Source of the DNA: a bacterium
Lineage (GTDB): Bacteria; Zhuqueibacterota; Zhuqueibacteria; Zhuqueibacterales; Zhuqueibacteraceae
DNA: 64,000 bases
Direction of reading: 5' to 3'
NCBI GenBank assembly: GCA_044869275.1
Contig: JBIOXB010000086.1
Coordinates: 1 to 64,000 of the forward strand
Made by a program: the position numbers and the translations under genes. This document shows positions 1-9,117 of the stretch, in pieces; the first letter of the stretch is position 1; each line of letters opens with the position of its first letter. Under the pieces are notes generated by a model. It saw nothing but the letters and a program-made list of their open reading frames with translations. It had not been told where the DNA came from and did not search any database.

Positions 1-1926
1 ATCGGCATCGTGGTCGACGACGCCATCGTGGTGCTGGAAAATATCTATGCGAAGATCGAAGATGGCATGAGCCCGATCGAGGCCGCACTCAAAGGCTCCA
101 AGGAAGTTTATTTTGCCGTCATCTCGACCACGATTGCGCTCATCGCCGTGTTCATGCCCATCGTGTTTTTGCAGGGCCTCACCGGCCGGCTCTTCAAAGA
201 GTTTGGCGTCGTCATCGGCGGCTCAGTGGGGATCTCGGCCTTAATCGCACTCACGCTCACGCCGATGTTGAGCAGTCGCATGATCAAGGCCCACGCGCAG
301 CATAGCTGGTTTTATCGCAAGACGGAGCCGTTCTTCATAAAATTGATCAACGGTTACGAAAACTCTCTGGCTTCATTCATGCGTATACGCTGGCTCGGTT
401 TCGTCGCCATTCTCTTTTCCGCCGGTCTGATGTGGCTCTTTCTTACCTTGTTGCCGCAGGAGCTCGCGCCCCTGGAAGACCGCAACCGTTTTCGCTTGAT
501 TTCCACCGCGCCGGAAGGCACTTCGTTCGAGCGCATGGATAAATACATGGACAGCGTGGTCGAACTGGTGAGAAAAGAAGTGCCGGAAGCCGAAGCCGTG
601 ATTGCCAACACCTCCGGTTTTGCCGGCGGCGCCAATGCCGGCAATACCACGGTGACGTTGGTGCCACCGGACCAGCGCGAACGCACGCAGCAGGAAATTG
701 CCGAGGCCATGTCGCGCTCCGTGAGAAGCTTGAACGATGCGCGCACCATCGTCAATCAAGAGCAAACCATCGCCGTCGGCGGCGGCATGGCACGCTTCGG
801 CCTGCCGGTGCAATACGTGATTCAAGCGCCGAACTTTGCGAAACTCAAAGCAGTGTTGCCGAAGTTCATGGAAGAGGCGAACAACCATCCGGCTTTTAGC
901 GCGGCGGATTTAAACTTGAAATTCAACAAGCCGGAGCTCGTGATCGAGATCGACCGCGAACGCGCGCGCTCGCTGGGCGTGTCCGTGAGCGACATCGCGC
1001 AAACGCTGCAGCTCACGTTGAGTGGATCGCGCTATGGTTATTTCATCAAAGACGGCAAGCAATATCAGGTGCTCGGCCAGCTCATGCGGCAAAACCGCGA
1101 CGAGCCGCTGGATCTCACTTCGATCTTCGTGCGTAATCGCAACGGCGAGTTGATCCAGCTCGACAATGTCATCAAGACTTCGGAGCAATCGAATCCGCCG
1201 CAGCTTTTCCGTTTTAATCGCTACATCGCGGCCACGGTTTCCGCCGGACTCTCGCCCGGTTACACTTTGGGCGATGGCATCAAAGCCATGGATGAGATCG
1301 CTGCAAAAGTATTGGACGAATCTTTCAGCACTACGCTTTCCGGCGCGGCGCGCGATTTCGCCGAAAGCTCCTCGAGCTTGATTTTCGTTTTCATTTTGGC
1401 TTTGGCGCTCACCTATCTAATTCTGGCGGCGCAATTCGAAAGCTTCCGCGATCCGTTCATCATCATGTTCACGGTGCCTTTGGCGGTTGCCGGTGCATTG
1501 CTCTCGCTGTGGTATTTCAATCAAACCATCAACATCTTCAGCCAGATCGGCATGATCATGTTGATCGGCCTGGTGACGAAGAACGGCATTTTGATCGTGG
1601 AATTCGCGAACCAGCGCAAAGGGACCGGACTCTCGGTGAAGGAAGCCGTGCAGAGTGCCGCCGCCGCGCGTTTCCGGCCGATTCTCATGACGAGCATGTC
1701 CACCATCCTCGGCATCCTTCCCATTGCTTTGGGCTTGGGCACCGGCGCGGAGAGCCGCGTGTCCATGGGTATCGCCGTGGTGGGCGGAATGATTTTCGCC
1801 AGCGGCTTGACGCTCTACGTGATTCCGGCGATTTATTCTTACTTCTCGAAAGAGTTTCATCAACCGCGCGCCAGTGTGACTGCAACCGCGCGCAGGAGGG
1901 AAGAATTGGTGGGAGCAGAGGTTTGA
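1..1926 (+). CDS. RND efflux transporter permease (AcrB/AcrD/AcrF family), 5'-truncated by window edge
   Basis: Motifs GIVVDDAIVVLENI, GLVTKNGILIVEFA and RFRPILMT; many TM segments; frame open from position 1. Confidence 0.95.
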   Translation: MGIVVDDAIVVLENIYAKIEDGMSPIEAALKGSKEVYFAVISTTIALIAVFMPIVFLQGLTGRLFKEFGVVIGGSVGISALIALTLTPMLSSRMIKAHAQHSWFYRKTEPFFIKLINGYENSLASFMRIRWLGFVAILFSAGLMWLFLTLLPQELAPLEDRNRFRLISTAPEGTSFERMDKYMDSVVELVRKEVPEAEAVIANTSGFAGGANAGNTTVTLVPPDQRERTQQEIAEAMSRSVRSLNDARTIVNQEQTIAVGGGMARFGLPVQYVIQAPNFAKLKAVLPKFMEEANNHPAFSAADLNLKFNKPELVIEIDRERARSLGVSVSDIAQTLQLTLSGSRYGYFIKDGKQYQVLGQLMRQNRDEPLDLTSIFVRNRNGELIQLDNVIKTSEQSNPPQLFRFNRYIAATVSAGLSPGYTLGDGIKAMDEIAAKVLDESFSTTLSGAARDFAESSSSLIFVFILALALTYLILAAQFESFRDPFIIMFTVPLAVAGALLSLWYFNQTINIFSQIGMIMLIGLVTKNGILIVEFANQRKGTGLSVKEAVQSAAAARFRPILMTSMSTILGILPIALGLGTGAESRVSMGIAVVGGMIFASGLTLYVIPAIYSYFSKEFHQPRASVTATARRREELVGAEV

Positions 1927-1943
1927 TGCCACACACTTCGAAG

Positions 1944-2019
1944 TGTCATCCCGAATCGTCGGGATCTTTTTCAGCAGGGATATAGCTTTCAATGCTCAAG
2001 GAGATCTTACAGGATGACA
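1944..2019. repeat. REP-like inverted repeat TGTCATCC...GGATGACA
   Basis: 8-bp terminal inverted repeat with internal GATCT/AGATC, just after the RND stop; same core as palindromes at 11562 and 39323. Confidence 0.6.
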
Positions 2020-2113
2020 TAAACTAAATCTGGGGCGGGCATCGGCGTGCAAGCCGATAATATGAAAAAAGCTTACAGCAAGTGAGTGATGCGCCGTTCA
2101 CTGTCGAAAACTT

Positions 2114-2641
2114 ATGCCTGCAGACTCCGAAAAAATCAACTCCGAATTCCTGATCATGCAATACGAGCAGGCCATGGAAACCTTTCGGCACGGCGTCACC
2201 TCGCTGGCGCAACTGGTGACGGTTTTCGTGCTGGCCGATATCACGCTTATCGGCTTCGCCATTGACAACCAAATCGCCGGCATTATTTTTCTCGGCGCGC
2301 TGTTTCCGCTTTTCATCATGAACTCCGCGAGCGTGGTGGGGAAATTGTTGGCACCGACGATTTTCACGGCTTATTGCCTCGAACAAAAATGCGGCGAAGG
2401 AGTCAGTGGGCTGATGCACACCGGCTTGCGCGTCAACCTGTCGTCCGAGGTTGCCCAAAAACTGGAAGCCGTCAGCGCCATGACGAACGTCGAAGCACAA
2501 GCCGGCCAACTCCGGAAGATCGACATCTCCATGTTTGGCCGGAGAAAGAATCTTGTCAACATCGTTCTCATTCTCGTTGTCCTCATTCACGTGATGGCCC
2601 CGATGCTCCTCACTTCCTGCTTTTCGTGGAAATTGCTATAG
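2114..2641 (+). CDS. Hypothetical membrane protein
   Basis: 175-aa ORF with about three hydrophobic segments; no recognised motif. Confidence 0.65.
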   Translation: MPADSEKINSEFLIMQYEQAMETFRHGVTSLAQLVTVFVLADITLIGFAIDNQIAGIIFLGALFPLFIMNSASVVGKLLAPTIFTAYCLEQKCGEGVSGLMHTGLRVNLSSEVAQKLEAVSAMTNVEAQAGQLRKIDISMFGRRKNLVNIVLILVVLIHVMAPMLLTSCFSWKLL

Positions 2642-2892
2642 TTCATGCTCTTTCCCGAAAATTGTCAGCAATTGCAAGCGATCTTATTCAAGAAGGCCCC
2701 AACTCGGACTACATCATCAATGTAACATGCGGAATGCGAATTTGTCTAGCGATTTTAGGGCAAATAACTTAAGAAATGCAGGCGTTGAAAATACCAGCGC
2801 AGATAGAATTTGAGGAGCAGTTTACGGGATGGGAAACCAAGGTTCGCTCGTTGCAGGAGTTGAAGACCTCTACGGGAAAAGATTCTACAGCA

Positions 2893-3204
2893 CTATTCTA
2901 TTCTGGAAAACAAATTCTTGCCCTCTTCATCAATGTGTCTTTTGACATTCTCATTATTGATTTTTTCATAATGAACCACGTCAAAAAAATAGGGCAATGG
3001 CAGCTCTTCATTGAGTAACGAACGCAAGCGCACCAGCATGGCAGGCGTAATATTTTTTCCCACGACGGCCATATCGACGTCCGAGCCTTTTTCGTTGTTG
3101 CCCATCGCGCGCGAACCGAAAACAACCACCTTTTCGATTTCAGGAAAGTTTGTCAAGGCTTCTACAATATAGCCTTCATCGCGGTTACTCAGGCCGAATC
3201 TCAT
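2893..3204 (-). CDS. Minimal nucleotidyltransferase (MNT) antitoxin, copy 1
   Basis: FGSRAMG...SDVDMAV (GS-x10-DxD) motif; close paralogue of 6498..6812. Confidence 0.9.
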   Translation of the reverse strand: MRFGLSNRDEGYIVEALTNFPEIEKVVVFGSRAMGNNEKGSDVDMAVVGKNITPAMLVRLRSLLNEELPLPYFFDVVHYEKINNENVKRHIDEEGKNLFSRIE

Positions 3205-3436
3205 GCTTGGCTCCTTGCTTGCATGAATTCATAAAACTGATGTAGAGCCGGGTAGAGTGCTTCCAGATAATCCTTCATGAGTTTCCAGGCCAATTCGAAT
3301 GCCATTTCAAAAAACTGGATAAAACCGGCGCGGCCAGCTCATCTGAAGTGTCGGCATCAATATGATTGTCTAATAACGCATAGGCTTGCTCAAAATTCTC
3401 AAACCGTTGGCGCCATCTTATTTCTTTCTTATTCAT
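3201..3436 (-). pseudogene. HEPN (HI0074-type) toxin pseudogene, copy 1
   Basis: Reads MNKKEIRWRQRFENFEQAY..DELA, then a 1-bp frameshift, then GFIQFFEMAFELAWKLMKDYLEA joined directly to LYPALHQFYEFMQARSQA*; about 56 codons missing relative to 6809..7213. Confidence 0.88.
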
Positions 3437-3468
3437 CATCGCATTATCCTACGATTTCTTTTGACATA

Positions 3469-3497
3469 AATATAACCAAGATTACCTAGTTCTGCAA
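3469..3497 (-). promoter_or_regulatory. sigma70-like promoter of TA copy 1
   Basis: TTGCAG-N17-TATATT on the minus strand; both hexamers and the spacing are conserved at 7245..7273. Confidence 0.65.
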
Positions 3498-3551
3498 AGA
3501 CATTTTGACCGGCCCTTTTCATCCCACCGAGATTGAGAACGATCAGAGAAC

Positions 3552-3580
3552 TTGCAAAATTCCGAAGTCTTCGTTAGTAT
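3552..3580 (+). promoter_or_regulatory. sigma70-like rightward promoter, copy 1
   Basis: TTGCAA-N17-TAGTAT; identical to 7349..7377. Confidence 0.65.
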
Positions 3581-3587
3581 ATCATAG

Positions 3588-3670
3588 TGAGCCGTATTTA
3601 TTTGCCACCGATCCGGACGGCTACGAGATCGAGATTTGGTACGAGCTGCCGACGCCGGTCGATCCGACCA
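3588..3670 (+). pseudogene. C-terminal remnant of a VOC/glyoxalase-family gene
   Basis: Frame reads EPYLFATDPDGYEIEIWYELP (DPDG-x-x-I-E motif) with no matching N-terminal half upstream. Confidence 0.55.
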
Positions 3671-3813
3671 GTGGTTTAATCGCTCTTTGCGATCGCATCG
3701 GAGGAGCCGGTTCGAGCAATCCAATTGTTGTATGGCGACGTATCCCTCTCAAAGATTTGGGAAAATAATAAAGCACGATTGCCAGCATAGTTCAGACCGT
3801 CAAGGAGCCGCCG

Positions 3814-5145
3814 ATGATCTTTGAACCCTTCAAGATCAAAAACGTCACGTTCAAAAACAGAGTTCTCAGATCATCCATAGGAGGCAGAACTTCGTATTAC
3901 GACGGCACGGTCACGCCGGCGTGGAAGAATTTCGAGAAACGCTTCGCCGAAGGCGGAGTGGCCGGCATCATTTCCGCCACCATCGGCATCAATAAGCGCC
4001 GCTTGTCGCCACTGCAGTACCCCGGCCTGCATGATGATAAATTCATCCAGCCGATGCGCGAAGGCGTGCGTGCAGTGCAAAAGTTCGACTGCCGCTATAT
4101 CATGCAAATCGGCGACCCCGGCGGGCATACGCACATGAGCTTGTTCTCGGAAGAGGAAGATGCGAAATCGGCCTCTTCGGGCATTGATCTGGTTTACGGT
4201 TATCGCAATCGCATCATCCCGATGTCGGCCGGGGAGATCGAGCAGGAAGTGCAGAGCTTTGCGGAAGCGGCCAGACGCGTGCGCGAAGCCGGTTGCGACG
4301 GCTTGGAAATTACCGCCTCCAAAGGTTATATCATTCAGCAGTTTTTAAATCCCGCCACCAACAGAAGGAAGGACGAATACGGAGGATCGACAGATAAGCG
4401 CTTTCGTTTCTTGCGCGACATTATTGTCGCGGTGCGCAAGAAAATCGGCGAAGATTTTCTCTTGGGCGTCCGCCTGTCGGCAAAGGATTACAATTATCTG
4501 CCTTTCAACGTCAGATGGCCGCTGGTCTTCCCGCTGCGCCATTATTTCATCGGAAATGATTTGGAGCAAACGCTGCAATACGGCAAAGAACTGGAGAAAC
4601 TGGGCGTTGATTATTTGCACATCGACAGCGGCTTTGGCTTTCCCAATCCCAAAGGCAATACCGGCACCTATCCCGTGGACGGATACAAGCTCTTCGCCAA
4701 CGCCACCCGGCATCTGAGTTTCAAGGCCAGCCTGCGTGCGACCATTTTCAACCTCTTGCCGCTTTTCATGGCGCGGGCCATTTTCGGACTGGGCTGGAAA
4801 TTCCAGCCTGCGGCTAATGCGCATTTCGCACAACAATTCAAACAAGCGGTGAACATTCCCATCATTGCCAACGGCGGCTTTCAGCAGCAAGACCTCATGG
4901 AAGCCACTTTGCGCGAGCGTAAATGCGACTTGATCGCCATTGCTCGGCCCTTGTTAGCCAATCCCGATCTGTTAAAAATATTTCAGCAAGGCCGCAATGA
5001 ACCGGAAAATCCTTGCACGTTCTGCAGTCGTTGCTGCACCCGCACCGCGGTGCAGCCCCTGGGTTGCTACGAGCCCTCGAGATTTTCTTCTATGGAAGAA
5101 ATGGAAGAACAGATTTTGAGATGGTCGGCGACGTCGGAAGCATAG
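3814..5145 (+). CDS. NADH:flavin oxidoreductase / Old Yellow Enzyme-like
   Basis: FKNRVLRS, GYIIQQFLNPATNRRKDEYGGS, IARPLLANP, C-terminal CTFCSRC; RBS AAGGAG. Confidence 0.9.
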   Translation: MIFEPFKIKNVTFKNRVLRSSIGGRTSYYDGTVTPAWKNFEKRFAEGGVAGIISATIGINKRRLSPLQYPGLHDDKFIQPMREGVRAVQKFDCRYIMQIGDPGGHTHMSLFSEEEDAKSASSGIDLVYGYRNRIIPMSAGEIEQEVQSFAEAARRVREAGCDGLEITASKGYIIQQFLNPATNRRKDEYGGSTDKRFRFLRDIIVAVRKKIGEDFLLGVRLSAKDYNYLPFNVRWPLVFPLRHYFIGNDLEQTLQYGKELEKLGVDYLHIDSGFGFPNPKGNTGTYPVDGYKLFANATRHLSFKASLRATIFNLLPLFMARAIFGLGWKFQPAANAHFAQQFKQAVNIPIIANGGFQQQDLMEATLRERKCDLIAIARPLLANPDLLKIFQQGRNEPENPCTFCSRCCTRTAVQPLGCYEPSRFSSMEEMEEQILRWSATSEA

Positions 5146-5225
5146 CAGGATAGGCTTTAAGTCTGCAAATGACTCTGTTTCCGTTTGAATGAAGAAGCAG
5201 CATTCATTAACGAGGAGAAGGTGTG

Positions 5226-5651
5226 ATGAACACACAAGAAAATCTAAAAGTCGTCAAGAACATGCTCGCCGCTTTCGTCCGCGGAGACATTCCCGCGGTG
5301 CTCAATGCCTTGACTGATGATGTGGATTGGTTTATCCCCGGGCCACCGGAACGCTTGGCCTTTGCCGGAGCTTATCACGGCCGTGAGCAAGTCATGCAGT
5401 TTTTTATCAAGCTCGACACCGCGCTCGAATTCTTAAAATTCGAGCCGCGAGAGTACGTTGCTGAAGAAGATAAGGTCGTCGCGTTTGGGCATAATGACGA
5501 TCGCATGAAAGCGACTGGACGCTTGTTTGGAAATGATTGGGCGTGTTTATTCGTCGTGCGCGAGGGCAAAGTGGCCAAAGTCCGCATGTATGAAGATACG
5601 GCTGCCTTTGTCATCGCCCTGGAGCCAACCTCTTCTCAGAAAAAAGGCTGA
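5226..5651 (+). CDS. SnoaL-like / NTF2-family protein
   Basis: DDVDW..PGP...AGAYHGREQV and VREGKVAKVRMYEDT pattern; RBS GAGGAG. Confidence 0.85.
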   Translation: MNTQENLKVVKNMLAAFVRGDIPAVLNALTDDVDWFIPGPPERLAFAGAYHGREQVMQFFIKLDTALEFLKFEPREYVAEEDKVVAFGHNDDRMKATGRLFGNDWACLFVVREGKVAKVRMYEDTAAFVIALEPTSSQKKG

Positions 5652-5656
5652 CCCGC

Positions 5657-6448
5657 ATGCCGCTCACCATCCAAAACGTAAACGTTCATCTCGTTGAAGA
5701 AGGTTCAGGACCACCGATTTTGTTTTTACACGGTAATCCGGATTCAGCGGACATGTGGAAGGAAGTCATTGCACCTCTCAGCAAGAAATTTCGTTGTCTC
5801 GCTCCGGATTTGCCCGGCTTCGGCCGCTCCTCCGCGCCGGTAGATTTTGATTATTCTCTGCAGAACATGGCTGCTTTTGTTGATGGTTTGATCACCGCTC
5901 TCGGCATTCAAGAGCCACTCCGTCTTGCCACGCATGATCTCGGCACTTCATTCGGCCTGGCCTGGGCCATCAAGCATCCCAACAAAGTCAAGCGCATTGC
6001 CATCAGCAATGCCATGTTCTTTTCGGATTATCGCTGGCATTTTTGGGGACAAGTGTGGCGCACGCCGTTGTTGGGTGAGCTGAGCATGATCTTGATGAAT
6101 TGGGGGATCTTCAAGCTGGAAATGAAGCGGAGTTCCCGTAAGCTGACCACGGAACATATGCGGCGCACCTATGCGCTGATGCGGGGCCCCATGAGAAAGA
6201 TGATCGTGCGGCTGTATCGCGCCAGCACGCCCAGCCTTTTCGCCGGCTGGGAGGAGGAATTGCTGACTTTGACCGCTCGCATTCCCACTTGCGTGCTATG
6301 GGGCGACCGTGATCCCTACATTCCCTCGCGTTTTGCTGAACGCTTCGGCGCGCAACAAGTCCATCATTTTCCCGACTGCGGCCACTGGCTTCCGGCGGAA
6401 GCGCCCAAGGAAGTGGCCACGCATTTATTGAAACTCTTTGCGGGATGA
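5657..6448 (+). CDS. Alpha/beta hydrolase (haloalkane dehalogenase/epoxide hydrolase-like)
   Basis: FLHGNP, APDLPGFGRS, nucleophile elbow THDLG, WGDRD, CGHW. Confidence 0.9.
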   Translation: MPLTIQNVNVHLVEEGSGPPILFLHGNPDSADMWKEVIAPLSKKFRCLAPDLPGFGRSSAPVDFDYSLQNMAAFVDGLITALGIQEPLRLATHDLGTSFGLAWAIKHPNKVKRIAISNAMFFSDYRWHFWGQVWRTPLLGELSMILMNWGIFKLEMKRSSRKLTTEHMRRTYALMRGPMRKMIVRLYRASTPSLFAGWEEELLTLTARIPTCVLWGDRDPYIPSRFAERFGAQQVHHFPDCGHWLPAEAPKEVATHLLKLFAG

Positions 6449-6497
6449 TGCCATACAGAATTCATGTGACGGAGGCGCCTTCGTTGTTCATTGGAAC

Positions 6498-6812
6498 TCA
6501 GTGTGCTATCCTGGAAAACAGATCCTTGCCCTCGGTGTCAATGTGTCTTTTGAGGTTCTCGTTGTTGATTTTTTCATAGTGAACGACGTCAAAAAAATAT
6601 GGCAATGGGAATTCCTCGTTTAGTAGAGAACGCAGTCGCACCATCGTCGTATGCGTAACGTTTTTTCCAACGACAGCCAGGTCGACGTCCGAACCTTTTT
6701 CATTGTTCCCCATCGCGCGCGAACCGAAAATGAGCGCCTTTTCGATTTCAGGAAAACTCGATAGAGCCTTCAGGATGTAACTTTCATCGCGTTTGCTCAA
6801 ACCGAATCTCAT
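6498..6812 (-). CDS. Minimal nucleotidyltransferase (MNT) antitoxin, copy 2
   Basis: FGSRAMG...SDVDLAV; 4-bp overlap with upstream HEPN gene. Confidence 0.9.
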   Translation of the reverse strand: MRFGLSKRDESYILKALSSFPEIEKALIFGSRAMGNNEKGSDVDLAVVGKNVTHTTMVRLRSLLNEEFPLPYFFDVVHYEKINNENLKRHIDTEGKDLFSRIAH

Positions 6813-7213
6813 TGTTGGCTCTTTTCCTGCATGAAACTATGAAGCCGATGCAGAGCTGGGTAATAGATTTCTCTGATTTTCGCTTCAATTTCGATTGCCG
6901 TACTTTCATCATAGGTGTGAACGGTCAAATTTCTGTCTTCGAGGGCGTCCAACCATACCTGACCGTCTTCAATAATATTTGATTGAAACGCTTGTTTGAT
7001 CGCCTCTTTGGGACTATTAATTTGAAACCCCTGGGCGTGCAGATAATCCCTCATGAGTTTCCAAGCCAATTCGAATGCCATTTCGAAGAATTGAATAAAG
7101 CCGGCGCGCGCCAATTCGTCTGAAGTGTCAACCTCAACGTGTTTCTCCAGCAACGTGTAGGCTTGCTCAAAATTTTCAAACCGCTGACGCCACCGGAGTT
7201 CTTTTTTATTCAT
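6809..7213 (-). CDS. HEPN-domain toxin (HI0074-type nucleotidyltransferase substrate-binding protein)
   Basis: IQFFEMAFELAWK and DRNLTVHTY (R-x4-H HEPN motif). Confidence 0.9.
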   Translation of the reverse strand: MNKKELRWRQRFENFEQAYTLLEKHVEVDTSDELARAGFIQFFEMAFELAWKLMRDYLHAQGFQINSPKEAIKQAFQSNIIEDGQVWLDALEDRNLTVHTYDESTAIEIEAKIREIYYPALHRLHSFMQEKSQQ

Positions 7214-7244
7214 AGTGCATCATTTCGTTTGCTAGTCCGGAGCA

Positions 7245-7273
7245 AATATAACCAAGATTCCTTGATTCTGCAA
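7245..7273 (-). promoter_or_regulatory. sigma70-like promoter of TA copy 2
   Basis: TTGCAG-N17-TATATT about 30 bp upstream of the HEPN start. Confidence 0.65.
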
Positions 7274-7348
7274 AGCTATTTTGGCGCCTCGTTGATGAGC
7301 AAGCGGCCATTCTGGTTCTCGCGCATTATTGCCTTCTGTTTACAGGGC

Positions 7349-7377
7349 TTGCAAAATTCCGAAGTCTTCGTTAGTAT
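7349..7377 (+). promoter_or_regulatory. sigma70-like rightward promoter, copy 2 (upstream of LRR gene)
   Basis: TTGCAA-N17-TAGTAT; identical to 3552..3580. Confidence 0.65.
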
Positions 7378-7437
7378 GCTCTATGGCGGGAGATGCTGCG
7401 ATGATCCACGCCTAGCCCGTTTACTGGCGAGCCCGGA

Positions 7438-8367
7438 ATGAACCATCAACACACTCAAACACCAGTAGGCAAATCATTACTCTCGCTTCTTGATGCGATG
7501 AGCAGCTTCGGCCCGCTGGAGGACGCTCATCTGGACGGGTGCGGGTTGAAAGCGCTTCCTGAAGGCCTGGGCCGTTTTGCAAATCTTAGAACTCTGAGCC
7601 TGTTCGATAATGAGCTAGCCACTCTGCCCGCTTCGATATGGCAACTGCGGCGCCTCACCACCTTGAATCTGGCGGGAAACCACTTTTCATCCATTCCTGA
7701 AAATATCGGAAATCTGGCCAGCCTGCAAATGCTGGATTTGGGCCACAACGAGCTGGCGTTTCTACCGGAGTCCTTGGGTGAGCTTCGCGATCTCTTGTTC
7801 CTCTACCTGAGCGACAATCGCCTGGCCGAGCTGCCGCGATCGCTGCAATTTTTGAAGCGTCTTGCCTATTTGAATATTTCGGATAATCAATTAACTTCCT
7901 TGCCGGATTGGCTGGGAGAGCTGGATAGCCTCGTGGAATTCAGGCTTTACAACAATCAGCTCACGCATCTCCCGGCCTCATTGGGGAAGCTGGCGAAGCT
8001 GCGAGAGCTGCATATCATGAACAACAAGCTCACGGCTCTTCCGGCGACAATAGGTGATCTAGGGCAACTGCGAAAACTGATCTTGCCAGGGAATGGCATC
8101 ACCTCTCTTCCTCCATCCCTCGGGAATTTGGCCCGACTGACCGATCTCGATTTGCGCAACAACAAGCTCGCCCGGCTTCCTGATACGCTGGCAAGCTTGG
8201 AGAATCTCAGATTCCTGGATCTGCGCGCAAACCAATTGACCTATCTGCCTTCGAATCTCGCTGCCATGGCCAGTCTCGAGAAGCTGGACTTAAGATGGAA
8301 CAAACTGTCCGCTTGTCCGACCGTGTTGGAGCCGCTCCAGCACCGTGGGTGCGTTATTTACAGTTAG
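7438..8367 (+). CDS. Leucine-rich repeat protein
   Basis: About 11-12 tandem 23-aa LxxLxLxxNxLxxLPxxLGxL repeats. Confidence 0.93.
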   Translation: MNHQHTQTPVGKSLLSLLDAMSSFGPLEDAHLDGCGLKALPEGLGRFANLRTLSLFDNELATLPASIWQLRRLTTLNLAGNHFSSIPENIGNLASLQMLDLGHNELAFLPESLGELRDLLFLYLSDNRLAELPRSLQFLKRLAYLNISDNQLTSLPDWLGELDSLVEFRLYNNQLTHLPASLGKLAKLRELHIMNNKLTALPATIGDLGQLRKLILPGNGITSLPPSLGNLARLTDLDLRNNKLARLPDTLASLENLRFLDLRANQLTYLPSNLAAMASLEKLDLRWNKLSACPTVLEPLQHRGCVIYS

Positions 8368-8698
8368 TTTTAGGTTAACTACCGCCTTGTCGTTTCAAGC
8401 GGCAGGAATCAAAATCAGCCAAGGAAAAATCATGATGCTTGGCCCATTTCCCATATTTTCTCACCGCCGCTGGCTTTAGATCATTTGCGGTGCTATATTC
8501 ATCAGCGGATGCGCCCGCGGCGACGATAAGGTGCCGGTTGGTCGTTACGGTATGGGCAAGGGCGAGCTATGATGGTTGGATTTTAAAACGGAGCAGATCA
8601 TTGGAGTCGTGAAAGGCTGCTCCAAATTAGAATGGGTACCTCTTCGCCCTTTTCCAACGGCGGAGAAGCACCCATTCGAAGGAAGCGATTTTGAGAAA

Positions 8699-8962
8699 TC
8701 AAGCCGTCGCGGGCAAAGCATTGAGACGCTTCGCCAAACGTGATTTTTGGTTGGCTGCTTTGTTGCGATGGATGATGCCCTTTTGCGCCATCTTGTCGAG
8801 CAAGGAAGTGGCTTCCTTGAGTACGTTCGCGGCTTCTTTTTGATCTTTTGTTTCCAAGGCCTTTTTGGTCATCGTTTTTAAGGACGAGCGATAATGACGG
8901 TTTTTCACCGCGCTTTTCTTGGCCTGTCGAATTCTTTTGAATGCCGATTGGTGGTTTGCCAT
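8699..8962 (-). CDS. rpsT: 30S ribosomal protein S20
   Basis: MANHQSAFKRIRQ...KGIIHRNKAANQKSRL. Confidence 0.97.
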   Translation of the reverse strand: MANHQSAFKRIRQAKKSAVKNRHYRSSLKTMTKKALETKDQKEAANVLKEATSLLDKMAQKGIIHRNKAANQKSRLAKRLNALPATA

Positions 8963-9002
8963 GCTGAACCTTTATGTTGTATTCTGGTTTCAAACGGTTA
9001 CA

Positions 9003-9032
9003 AATATAGCAAATTTCCGGGCTGATTGTCAA
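9003..9032 (-). promoter_or_regulatory. sigma70 promoter of rpsT
   Basis: TTGACA-N18-TATATT with TG extended -10, about 40 bp upstream of the rpsT start. Confidence 0.65.
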
Positions 9033-9117
9033 GCTCTTGAATGAATTTTTTATTTCCATCAGAACTGATCGGCCGCCAAATGTGACCGGTCAGCAGGAAG
9101 AGAGGAAGAAGGGAATT

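Noticed and set aside
2776..3018. 80-aa ORF MQALKIPAQIEFEE...
   Set aside because: Its 3' half is antisense to the MNT gene; at most a short gene remnant with no supportable function
8432..8572. Short frame with a lipobox-like ISGC and an in-frame TAG (possible recoding)
   Set aside because: Only 46 codons with no recognisable domain; more likely a decayed fragment than stop-codon readthrough
2000..8600. Integron cassette array
   Set aside because: No integrase or convincing attC sites; genes lie on both strands and carry their own promoters
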